DNA from: Tubulanus polymorphus
Taxonomy: Eukaryota > Animalia > Nemertea
Reading direction: 5' to 3'
DNA: 64,000 bases
NCBI RefSeq assembly: GCF_964204645.1
Contig: NC_134031.1
Location: forward strand, 5,766,001-5,830,000
A program made the translations under genes and the position numbers. The notes beneath the pieces were generated by a model that did not search any database, was not told the origin of the DNA, and saw only the letters and a program-made list of their open reading frames with translations. This document shows, in pieces, positions 25,684 through 37,211 of this stretch. Within the stretch, counting starts at the first letter, position 1. The number at the start of each line of letters is the position of its first letter.

Positions 25684-26179
25684 ATCTAACCGAGCTATCA
25701 ACAAACAATACGCAGCCGATGATCTAAACCCATAGAAAATGCTTAATCATAGAGGGAATAATGAAAACGTCCTAATTGCTCTGGTATATTATGTATGTCG
25801 CCAATCTAGTACAGACATTTCACGTGCAAATTGATATTTCTATGTACGAAAAAGTTATCTAGGTGGACAACATCGTCATAGCCCTTATCCGAATAATCAC
25901 AATTTGGATGAAATGTCAATCGACAAGGCAAAAAATAGACCAGGGACCATTTCCACTTGGAATGACTTGCTGTTCACTGAGGAAAGACGCGTGGTCGTTA
26001 TATAATCAGGGGTCGGACTACTCCATACATGAGCTGTATATACCCAGATGCCCCAAATTGGGAGGACCAAACCAAATTCAAAAAACTTCTTACGGATAAA
26101 AAACTACATTGTCCAATTGGGGAATACATCTCTAAAGGCTTTGAAATCCTGAACTCTGGTAATGAAACTGCTGTTATTC

Positions 26180-26307
26180 TTCTTATTGTTATATTAATGT
26201 AAAATGTTTATGTTTTGTAAATACTACTTGTAAATATCACTCTGTACATCTCGACCCGAAAGGGTGTAATCAGTATAATAAAGAGTTTATTGAATTGAAT
26301 TGAATTG
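26180..26307 (+). mobile_element. Probable LINE 3' tail ending in (ATTGA)n
   Basis: Short hairpin (ACCCGAAAGGGT), then AATAAA, then ATTGA repeats. Confidence 0.45.
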
Positions 26308-26564
26308 TTTGAAATGAACATATGATTACGGAAAGAAAAGAACATACTGAGTGCAACAGTCTATCACAAATATGAATTAAAGATGAGGTTGATTAAAGTT
26401 TCGATTTTGTATCCGCGTCAATATTGAACATTGAATTAATCATTTGATTATTCATCACTCTCCATAGCCGTATATAATGAATTTGATGATACATATAATA
26501 TCCGGTCGATTGTCTGCCACATGTTCTGAATTTATTCCCCGTGCATAAACGCTCCCTCAGACTA

Positions 26565-26613
26565 TGACGTCAATAACACCTATAAAAGCGGAGCGATAGA
26601 TTTCAGTGAGTCA
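26565..26613 (+). promoter_or_regulatory. Core promoter: full CRE, TATA box, initiator and AP-1 site
   Basis: TGACGTCA at 26565-26572, TATAAAAG at 26581-26588, TCAGT (Inr-like) at about 26603-26607, TGAGTCA at 26607-26613. Confidence 0.8.
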
Positions 26614-26667
26614 TTAAACCAGTACTCTGTTAATACGCATAGGATAGTATATAACCGCCGTATATTC

Positions 26668-27316
26668 ATGCTATATCTGGTGAGTATGTGAACAATATAC
26701 CAAACGTATGAATTGGATTTTTAGGAAATTAATTTACCAATCCATATATCTCTTATCTTTTAATCTTTAATGATATAAGAAAGTTGTAATTTACTGATCC
26801 TTGGGCGTAGCTTCTGTGAGTAAATAAATTGACATTCTGTTAACGGCTGCGGGTGTGTCGGATCCCTATTCCTATTCATTTCATTGTTGTTGTAGGTGAG
26901 AGGGAAAGGGTATACGTGAAACGTTAGTACCATGAGGAATGATTATGTTATCATTTTTTTTCTATCAGGGGATGCCGTACGGATTGTACACAATTCCACC
27001 ACCTACCCGTGGTCAGTTAGCAGACATAGTGACCAATCGACCAGCTACCAGGCGCCGAAACGCAATGTCGAACATTTTCGAGAATCTGGCCACGAGTCAA
27101 ACGGAGTTCCTGGCCCGGCATAACGAGAACCGTTTGGAACCAGAACACGAAGACGACGACAGGAACGAATTGTTATTATCAACCGAACGATCGCGATTGC
27201 GTAATAGGCGGAATGGATTGAGCGAGATAGTTTTACCAGATGATTTTGATGCGGTCAGATGTCAAAGATACGGAAAACGCCGTAATGCGATAACAGACGA
27301 TGACCTTGATTCTTGA
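26668..27316 (+). CDS. Small PKI-like protein (119 aa) with three PKA pseudosubstrate motifs
   Basis: Exon 26668-26679 (MLYL, donor GTGAGT) joins in phase 0 to 26969-27316 (acceptor TTTTTTTTCTATCAG). Motifs RRRNAM (27050-27067), RRNGL (27206-27220) and KRRNAI (27275-27292). Upstream TATA box; ATTTA-rich tract near 27591; AATAAA at 27698. Confidence 0.75.
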
Positions 27317-28379
27317 GACTTTATACGTCAAAATCCGACAACCGCAGTTTGTCATTTTAGACTCGGTAAACTGTCAGCCAAAAGGAATTCTCTATAATTT
27401 ACGTTCAGTGAAAACAATAAGTTGGTCGACTTGGTAAACAACCCCCCGTGTCGCTTGGATTTTTATACCCATGTTTATATACCAGACGGAGCATATTTAA
27501 AACCGGGAAAAAAGTAATTTACTTCGTAATAAAAACGTCAAGAAACTTTTACAGAGTATTCTTTAATTCACCAAAACCATGTGTCAAAGTATTTATTTAT
27601 ATATTTTACATGCCACTTAACGCTTCTATATTTTGATTGAAATCAATTGTGAATATTCACGTGTTTAAAAACTAATTTTCGTAAGCTATTTTGTGTTAAT
27701 AAAAAATGTTCTATAAGAATCTCTATCGTGTATAGCATTGTTGGATCGTCACCGCAGGAGGAGCTGATCCAGGACCAATTTTCCATTGTGTATTCCGGAT
27801 TTTATAAGGGCACCCTTTTTACGGCCAATGAATATTTAACAAGTCCCCACGCTTTATATTAGACCCCCACATAACACTTGATAAAACGTCGTATATGCCG
27901 TTATTCAAGATGTTACCAGCAGACATCTCTTTTGAAATTGTTTATTGATAGGGTATGACAGAAATTCGTAAGGGCACTGTTTCAATCACCACTATATTCC
28001 GGAATGCATGAGTACGGTCTGCATCCGCGCTAGTCTACCTGGGATCCCTTTTGGAAAACTTCACTTAGGTTTTGTTGACTCGTAGGAAAATTCTACTAAG
28101 GTTAAGTTTTTTCTGGAATATCTTTTAGTTGAAAAGTATACTAAAAGTCTGTCTCAGTCCAGTTTGCCGCGGCATATCAAAGCTTTTCTATCATAACATC
28201 GCCTGATTCCCGTGGTTACTGCATGGTAACTGCGCACTCCACAGCATGACGTCTGGCCACTGTATCCAAGAGTGCGTATATAGGTTTCTGACTGACCAGA
28301 GCCTTCATAGGCAGTCTTCGAAAAGTTATAAAAATGTTGTCATTCTATTCTTGCGAATCTATGTTTTTCATGTTTTTAT

Positions 28380-28620
28380 TCTACGTGATGCGTGCGACAC
28401 CATCTGGCCTCAGTCTTATGAATTGAAAAAACATTCTAAAGGGCCTCAGAATAGTTCTAAAGAATAAACAATAGTTTTGAAAGTTTGGAACTATTTTCGC
28501 GAGAAATACATGAAATTAACGGTTGAAAAAGTAGATATTGAAACTGGAAAGGCGACGGGGATAAGTGAGCGATCAGTTAGTAATATACGGAAACAGATGA
28601 ATGACACTGGACGATTTTTA
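28380..28620 (+). pseudogene. Tc1/IS630-like transposase N-terminal HTH remnant
   Basis: In-frame ...SKE*TIVLKVWNYF...VDIETGKATGISERSVSNIRKQ. ORFs 28246-28467 and 28477-28683 are in the same frame, split by a TAA, and the HTH pattern 'A.ATG.SER.V..I.K' is present. Confidence 0.55.
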
Positions 28621-29080
28621 CATTTTACTGATTTACTTGATTACTTGAAGCCTTGCTTTTCCTACAGTTTCGGTACCCGATAACGACACGATTACGTACT
28701 CGTTACAATTTATTCCGGTAGATGGAGATATAGTGAACCATGACCCCCAACAGTTTACTAATTTCACGCCGTTCAACATAGGGAGCCAGTGACGTTCATC
28801 AGACATTGGTACCCCGTTAACAATTTTTTGACAATTTTAAAATAGATGGTTCTTCGTAGCAGTCCAAATAACCGCACAGGCTGAATCCCACCGCCGCCTA
28901 AATAATGATCCACTTACTGCAAAATCATGTTGTCAAGAAATCATGTAACATTGATCGACAGTAATTGTATCAGCCAAAAAATTAGGACGTAATACTCGCG
29001 CGCAAACAAAGGAAATATGTATTGGTTATCACAGCATTCAAATAGATAAAAAATTGAAAAGAACACCGCCGAGGGCTATT

Positions 29081-29154
29081 TGCCCCGTGTGAGACTCGAA
29101 CTCACGACCTTCAGATTATGAGACTGACGCGCTAACCAACTGCGCTAACGAGGC
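29081..29154 (-). tRNA. tRNA-Met (CAT), elongator type
   Basis: GCCTCGTTAGCGCAGTTGGTTAGCGCGTCAGTCTCATAATCTGAAGGTCGTGAGTTCGAGTCTCACACGGGGCA folds into a cloverleaf with anticodon CAT, a G1-C72 pair and a TTC T-loop; T-runs downstream. Confidence 0.97.
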
Positions 29155-30243
29155 GGTTATTCGGTTTTTCGAATATTCATATTTAAACCAAACATGAATA
29201 ATCATCACGCTGGCGGAGGGTTATCTGATTGTGATAGTTATCTGATATTTCGTTTTTGATTATCGAGGAACGATAATAGAAATGGAAACGACATCCCGTC
29301 ATTTGCTAGTACCACCTACATCGACCCAACAGGGGACCAGATCAGAAACTATGCCAAACTTGGTAAACATAGTGTTGATTTATACATTTTGCCACATGAC
29401 ACGAGGCCTGAGGACTAGGGGAATATAGGACAAGAAGTGACTTAGTAATCAAACATTCTGAGCGGCAAAACATAGTAGGCCTTAGGCCTATATTTACAAA
29501 TCGAAAGTTTACACTGCTAAGCGCATATTTGCTAAAACGTGAATGGAATTGTCCATCCGAAGACTCTACACGGTGTAAAGACGGCATTCGAAGATTCTAT
29601 GTTATTGTTAGCTTTAGAGTGCATACCACGGACACTGGGAGGTCAGTCGAGGAGGCATTACAAAATATTTGACTCTTCTCGCAAAAGACGGTCTATGGCG
29701 GGAGAGCGAGGTCGGGCCCCTAAGGCTACTTTGCCCTACTTGGGTGAGTGCGATATTTTGAAATAATAGAATATTTCAAGACATCTATCTGTCGATATCT
29801 ATAAATCATATATTTTTCATTTTTTTCAATCATTTTCAAAAGATAGATGCATTAGATTTCCAAAAATAATCATTTTCCAAAGTTGACATGAATTTATGCT
29901 TTTTCGCGTTTAGCCATCATAAACTAAGATGCAATCGATATTAACAAAATGCGAATGAAGCTGACATCTTAAGTTGATTTGTTTTGGCCGTTGCAATTTT
30001 ATAATAAGACGGCGAAAATATGCAAAACCAGATCGAAATTTTTGGTTAGCGTTTTAACCGCAAACACCAAATGGCGCGGTTCGAATCAAGAACATATGAT
30101 CTCACTTGTGTACAGAGGATATATACAATTTACAGATGGGAGTGATAAAACAGAACCAAAAAAAAACAACCTTATGAAATAAAAATTAGACGTATATATT
30201 TCACGCCGCAGTAGCAGACCACGCGGACGAGGATGATAATTTG

Positions 30244-30300
30244 ATGGAAGCAGATGATCAAAATGTAGCCATCATACCTGAAAATAACAACAGCTTAGAG
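30244..30300 (+). CDS. Candidate alternative first coding exon A of the SEA-Fz-LDLa gene
   Basis: ATG...GAG|GTAAG, phase 0, MEADDQNVAIIPENNNSLE; compatible with the phase-0 acceptor at 40904; in-frame TAG upstream at 30187. Confidence 0.5.
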
Positions 30301-31749
30301 GTAAGAGCTTTGCAATCGTTAGTACGAGTAGATATACTTACCGGTGGCCTCTTGGTTTATTTCTAGTAGAGCTCTTCTTAAGCATAACGGCAATATTGTT
30401 CTTTGCGGACGTTGACTTATGTGTGGCAGATTCCTGAAGATTTCTCTCGTGTTGAAATCAATATCGTATTAATTTTCCTCCCTCCCATTTCACCGGTTCA
30501 AGTAGGAAGCGAATGGGTTAGTTTAGAATTTTAGGGATGGTATTCATGTAGGGTTGGGCAGTATTGGATGTGCTAATTCTAAGCCACGGCCCTGTAATGT
30601 TCTCCCAGAATTTACCGACAATGGCGGCCGGGTATTTGGGTAATTCGGTAAAAATTCGGGGTCACCTCGAAAAACTTCAAACGATAGCCTTTAGTGAAAG
30701 CGTAATTGTTGAATCATTGTACAGACTAATGTAACATTAACAAGAATATGTCAACTTTCATAAATCATGCAGCGCTGATTGAGTAAGAGTTCTAGACGTT
30801 TGTGGTTATTCTTATCGTTTTGACTCCAGTCCTGTCTGATGCCGCTATCAAAATACAGAAAAAAAGCTTAAATACCGTGTATAAATAGCAACAAATAAAT
30901 TTGACGCGTCCACCAATTTTGGCCATTGAATGAAAAGGTTTCAAGCAATAAACAATCGCTTGAGTGGAGGATCTATTTTTCACTTCGCATATATATATAT
31001 ATATCTTCAAAGTTGGACTAGTGACTAAAAATTGTATAGTGGATCTTGCAAATAGGTGAATTTGGCTCGGCGAAATCGTTTCGTGGATAGTATTTCCCAA
31101 AATCTAAGAGGTATGTATGTTCCAGCATAGGCAAGTAACTTCCAAAAACTGTTTCGCGATTTCGTATGAATTCAAGCTGGTAGTGCAGTAAAACATTAAA
31201 CACTCAGCGTGCAGTCGTTCAGTTGCGTAATTCTAAACATGCGTTTGTCAGTCAGTTCAGACTAAACAACTGACTTTGATTGATACCCGTGGAGCATTGA
31301 GAAAGTTGCTCCGGGTCGATTTTTTCTCGGATTCGCAGCCTTTTCAGGAATAATTTAATGCCTTATTCGATTCCAGATCGTTCACTGCCGATCGTTAGAG
31401 ATATTGCGCAGCCTCAACCCACTCTTATTTCAGAAAACAAACTTGTCTTTTCTCATGCGAGTAGTTTTTATCTGCAGTATAGTTTGTGACGCCTGCGTAT
31501 TTTGTGTTTATGTAAGACCCTCTTTCTCTAAATAGTCGTAAGGACGTTTGATGTCGCCTGTGATAAGCGCAAACCCTTAGCGGAGTCCTTATCCTACCGA
31601 GGTATTTGACGTGGCTGGCAAGCATGTTTGAAATCATTTTTTACCTCTATAGAAAATACCTAAGTCATCAAATGATTACTCCAAGTTCACAGATTAATAT
31701 AAGGGGTTATAGGCAGCAGTGTGTGCAGGCCAGTAGGTCGGCGATATAA

Positions 31750-32440
31750 GCCGCGTTCACACGACAACTAGTTAGACCGGTCTAAATGGGTCCGTACCTG
31801 GTCCGGTCCAAATTTAGACCGGACCAAATTTTGGTGAGCGTTCACACGGCGTTTTGACACGCGGTGAAAAAATAGCTTGTCACCGAGCCCACAAGATGTC
31901 GCCATCTGCTAAATAATTAATTGCGCCTGGATGAAGTTTTGCTTTCAGATTCCAAGTAGAGCAAGGCATTCTTCATATCCTCTGTCAGGTTTATACATTT
32001 TTGCGATTCGATTTTATTCTATCATGCTGAAAGCACGGCAGTAAAACGGATGATGATCGCGATATACGAATACGAATTACGCTCCAAAAATTTCCATTGA
32101 ATAGGGAGGAAAAACAGTACTTAAAAATGATTACATAAACGGTAAAACTTAATAAACTGGACTCACACTCTACCGCAGAGGTTGTGACATCTACCGCACA
32201 GATTCAGAATTACGATTTAGACCGGACCTGGTACCAGTTTCTGTCCACACACGCATATTTAGACCGGTCCAAAATTTTGTCCGGACCTGGTTCGCTCTTT
32301 TAGACCGTGACAAATTAGACCGGTCTAAACTAGACCGGTCTAATTTGGAAGGGTATTTTTGCCCGTGTGAACGCTTGGTCCGGTCTAAATTGGACCGGAC
32401 CAAATTTAGACCGGTCTATATTTCGTCGTGTGAACGCGCC
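31750..32440. mobile_element. Harbinger/PIF-type MITE with subterminal (A/G)GACCGG(T/A)C arrays
   Basis: TIRs GCCGCGTTCACACGAC ... GTCGTGTGAACGCGCC; TAA/TAG flanks; more than 10 GACCGG motifs near both ends. Confidence 0.8.
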
Positions 32441-35400
32441 TAGTTCAGGTGGAACATGGGCGTATAATCTATAGTCTACACGTCCATGGAAGGACCCTTG
32501 GAGTAATCAGCGATAACTTGGAGGTGTTAAGCGATATGTGGGGATCGGTTGTCCTCCCTGGGTGAAAATATTCAGAATTTCAGCGGATTAGATGAATTTC
32601 CTGGCCAATTTTAGAGAGAGTGAAGTAGAAAAAATGTCTAACACGGGAATTAAACGAAAGCCGGACAGCGAGGAACAATCAGTGATGCAGAAATGTAGTT
32701 CGAAACTTTTCTTAGACAAAAAAGGATTATCGTATCCCCTGTGCGTACGGGCCGCGAATTCTATACCCGGTCGAATGTGTCAGCCAAGAAACAGTTCAAA
32801 TACTTATCAAAATTCGTACGTCTTCAATCGTTGCCCTCTTTCAGATATTGAGATCAAGAAACAGTTTAGCGATATGGCGAATGGCCGCTTTTGTTTTCCA
32901 TCGTCTTTTTCCCGAAGCAAAAAACGCTCGGAATTTCGTCTCAAGAACCTCGGGGGTCTTTTATCAAGCGAAACGATAAACTTATGGCATTAATTATATG
33001 TGTATGTATATACGTCTGACTATTTCCTTTCGAAAATAATCTCAGTGAATGCCTAAGATCTGAGACACCACCACGCTATATAACGGAGATCGCGCCACGG
33101 CGAGAAAACATTGTTTCATTGCGAAATAAAAAAATGACGATCTGATGGTAATGATTTGCAGCTGTGTAATATATTTCACTCTTCCCCCCGCGGATCGCTA
33201 TAGCTTCAACTCATCGATAGTAAACATATCGCTGGTATAATACGATGGAATTTGGTAGAAAAGAAAACCCAGGGGCGGACCTAAGCTATATTCCACTGTA
33301 TTCGAGAATATAGTCAGAAAAATGTGAATAACATATTTTCTAGAAGTATCTAATCTGAAACAGGTCCAGAATAAGCTTACAAGGAAAAAGAAAAAAAGAG
33401 TCTTTTCAAATTTTCCTTGGGGTGGAACCCTTTAATGAGCTTTGCCGCCGACATATCACTGAGCAATAATTTTTAGGAATATAGTCAAATTCACCGGCTG
33501 GATCTGCCCCTGAACCCCCCTTGCTAAAGGAGCGGATTTAGCGGTGGTTTCAGGGGTACGGATCCCTTCCTTCCCGTTGCGGTTGCCCTTTTCGTCAATA
33601 CAGAGATCATTCCCCGTTTCGCTCCCGGCAGGTGTGGTGGGTTTGTAAGGGGACACTAATTTTAAAAAAATCAAACGATATCTACCCATCAAATAACAGG
33701 GTCAACCCCTCTTACTAAGATAAAAAAAACCCTGTAAATTCGACGCTCATCGTATTTCTTCAATATTATATCAAAACCCTTTCAGTGCTGACTAACTATT
33801 ACCCTTTATTACTATTATTACTTTATTACTATCATTTCACTATGTTTGACAGATGTTGCCATCTGTCAATAGAGATAAAAACTAATTACACCAATAAACC
33901 GCAGTGCGGTGTACTGGCAAAATCCATCACCGATTTATACATCGCACTGCGGTGTAGACGCACTGAAAGGGATAACACTGAGATTGCGACCCCGCTAATG
34001 GCATTTAACTTGGCTGTTTTATCCGACAAATGCCGTTTCTTTTCTTCTAGACCGCGGCCTTCCAATTTTCCTTGATCCGCCTCTGATCAATACCGTGTTT
34101 ATGTCAAAAGACCCCAACGTCTGATTTCGGAAAATTCTAGATACCTGATGATTGAATGAACCGACACGTAAAAGCTTCCTATCTTTCGTTTTTTAGAACG
34201 GCTTTCTTGAATACAATCGCCTTATACTTAACAAAACAGAATGCGTTATCAAATCTTCTGTGTAAATACTTTCGGAATGAAGTGGAGATTCGTTCTTTTG
34301 TGCGCGCATAGAATTAACAGTTTTATTCCCGCTGTGCCGCCATATCCTTGTAAGGAGTTCAGTGTTTCAAAATATTTTACTTAATGCACCCGTTTTCCGT
34401 CATTGTGACCGAACGCGCCATTCAAACAGTATTTCATTCACAGACGGCTCGCTTTTTTGTGACTATTATTGAGTGAATTAATTATTCACATTCTATAGGC
34501 CTATAGTTCGCCGCGCGTTCCTAGAAGCGTCGAACATAAATCATGTCGCACGGTTAAGATAGCCTGGCATGTAATGAGGGGGTGGAATATTTAATGCGGG
34601 TTAGATTCCTAGTAGTTCTGAATTAAATTACGCTAATTTTTGCCAGTAATGGGCGCTAATATACGAGAAAGTCAGACAAAGGTAATTACGGGTTTGAAAC
34701 TATATACATGTGTCTTACTCCGAAGCGCTGACTGTTTGTATAGGAATGGTTGAATTACGGTAAAGACTGGGGCATAAAAGACTTTCTTCATTCGTGACTA
34801 AATTCGCTGTGTGTTTATTGACTGTTTGTGTTGATTAGTCGATAGAATCTCGCGAAGAGCTCGGCGGAGAAATTAATAGGATTAAATAACGTAAAATCGA
34901 TGGTGGATAAATCGCAAGGATTCATTTTGCTTAAGGTTCGTTGATTGTTTTTTTTTGTGATTGCTTTTCTCGGCGTCTTATTAGTTCATATTTCATAGCG
35001 GTGTATATTGAGACTCAAAAATAAGAGTTACCTGATTTGAAAATGCCCAGCCTCATTAGTTCTACGGTCAAATTCAAACCAAGTCACCCGCGGGTATTTT
35101 TTCTATAACGAAATATCAGTTACAAAGCTGATTATTTATCGTAATTTTTCACTTCATGTAACTCTAAATATATGAATGCATTGAAAAAAGAATTAAATCT
35201 ATAATTTTGGAAATATCACGGCCGGTTTTGTGTAGACTTTTTTGAGCGCGAATGTTCTCGATGCTAACTGCTAATTCGAATGTTTTCGTCGAATATTAAC
35301 AAAAACACAAACGAAAATCATCATCGTTTTTTTCTATTGCGGAGATTTTCATCCGTTTCGGGCCCGTTCGAAAATCAATAAATCAACATCAAAGTCCGAG

Positions 35401-36263
35401 TAGACTATATCTACGCGGGGAATTTCCGGCCGGTAGGCCAGGGGGTGCTTTAAACAATCAAAGCGATTAAAGACGACTCTGAATAAGCGACCGATTAAGT
35501 CCGGCTTTAGGATGTCCGGCAGAATGCCGTAACTCTCAGATCACGGGCTCCTTAGAAAAAGGGAGGAGCCGCGACCTCCCAGCGCTCAGATAAAGCTCCT
35601 GCCGACGACGGAGTTTCATCTCAATCTATACGTGTAATAACCTCGAGTAGTAATGTTAAATCTAGCGGGAAACAATCGTAAGATATCGTATTTTTAAACG
35701 TCTGCGATATGTTGTCGAAGAGATGAAAGATATTCATACATGTCGTCTGCGACTGAAACATTGACAGAATTCTATCCGTCTTCCAAATCGAGATTTGCTT
35801 TATTCGACCGAGTGCGCACGCGCAACCGTCTGCTAATTGAAAGTTGATGACTGATTCTCCCGGCGGAGAATGTTTCAATAATAACTTCTCTCTCCCAGAA
35901 ACGATCCTATTTCACCGAGAGACGAATTTTTCTCGACCCAATCACACGTGAAACCGCTTTTCGGCGTTATAGGAATTATTGCACCGAATTGAAAATCGGT
36001 GCGATCTTCGATTTATAAATTCCGACAGATTACGAAAGTAACGGGTATTTCTCAGACTATACTGGCGGAGAAAATCATTCGTGATTAGCAGCGAATGCGC
36101 GTGGGTTTTACCGAAGATGAGAAACGATTCGGGAACTGCGTAGACTGATCGGAAATCGTCATCGAATCGTGTGTGAACTGGACAGTGGTCATTTGTGAAC
36201 ACCGCATGCTGTCGGTCAATTTAGAAATATGAGATAGATGGATTATTGCAGAGAATCGATTTT

Positions 36264-36612
36264 AGGTAAACACCACCGACAACCTGGGGTGTACGTACAT
36301 GAGCTTTAATTCATATTCAAAATTGTGTCCCTTTTCGAAAGAGTGATTTGATAAAATGGATGAATATAAAAACATCGACAAAGAAAAAATAGGCTACGTG
36401 ATATTTAGCTCAAATTTTGCGAAGGATAACTTACCGCTATTCTGGATTTGAGGTAAACGCGCCGACAACCTGGGGTGAACATGAGCTTATTTCATATTCA
36501 AAATTGTGTCCTTTTCTGAGAGAATGATTTTATATGAAGCTAAAGAATACCAAAAAAGATCGACAAAGAAAAGATAGGCTAAGTGATATTTGCGAAGAAT
36601 AACTTACACTAT
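36264..36612. repeat. Diverged tandem duplication, ~187-bp unit
   Basis: AGGTAAAC..CCGACAACCTGGGGTG..CATGAGCTT..TTCATATTCAAAATTGTGTCC occurs twice. Confidence 0.8.
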
Positions 36613-37145
36613 AGGGTAGGCGATGCTTTGGTTGAATCTTTGCCATTTAAAAGTCAGATTAGGGGTGCGTCGTCTGTGCCGATAGAAATATATTCGATTG
36701 AAAAAAATGTTGTTTTTCAGACAGCTTATTTCGACTTACAGTTCACGTCCGATATTCTCGCGGGGTATTCTTTATTCGAACTCAAGTGAACAAACAACTT
36801 AATTCAATGTGACGAATATAATACGTGTGACTCGGATTCAAATGAAGCCGGGGACTCGACTACGTGAAACCAACCGGAGACAAATGGAATTAAAGATAAT
36901 TCGGTATAACCTCAAAAAATCACGCTTCGCAGGCGGCCGCGTTCGCCAAAGTGTGACCGAAGTCGTTTTAATGGATACGACTTAGTCGCAATTACCATAG
37001 CAATCAGCAACATCCAAGAACATCAAGAACAGTTCAATTCTCAGCACGGTAATCACGTGGACCTGGAGTCATTAATAAGAAAAGCGACGGGGAAATAGAA
37101 TTACGTATGTACCGGAATAGCGAGGACTAGTGCAGAGCAGGACAC

Positions 37146-37211
37146 ATGGATGACTACGGCGACGTGATGGAACTAGGTAGAGTTGAAGTGGTTACCGTTA
37201 AAACGAATCTG
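37146..37211 (+). CDS. Candidate alternative first coding exon B of the SEA-Fz-LDLa gene
   Basis: ATG...CTG|GTAGGT, phase 0, MDDYGDVMELGRVEVVTVKTNL. Confidence 0.5.

Noticed and set aside
31770-32420. Regularly recurring GACCGGTC palindromes as a CRISPR-like array
   Set aside because: Eukaryotic context, irregular spacing, and enclosed by Harbinger-type TIRs; these are subterminal repeats.
32592-32993. 133-aa ATG ORF
   Set aside because: No recognisable motif or convincing splice context; it lies among repeats.
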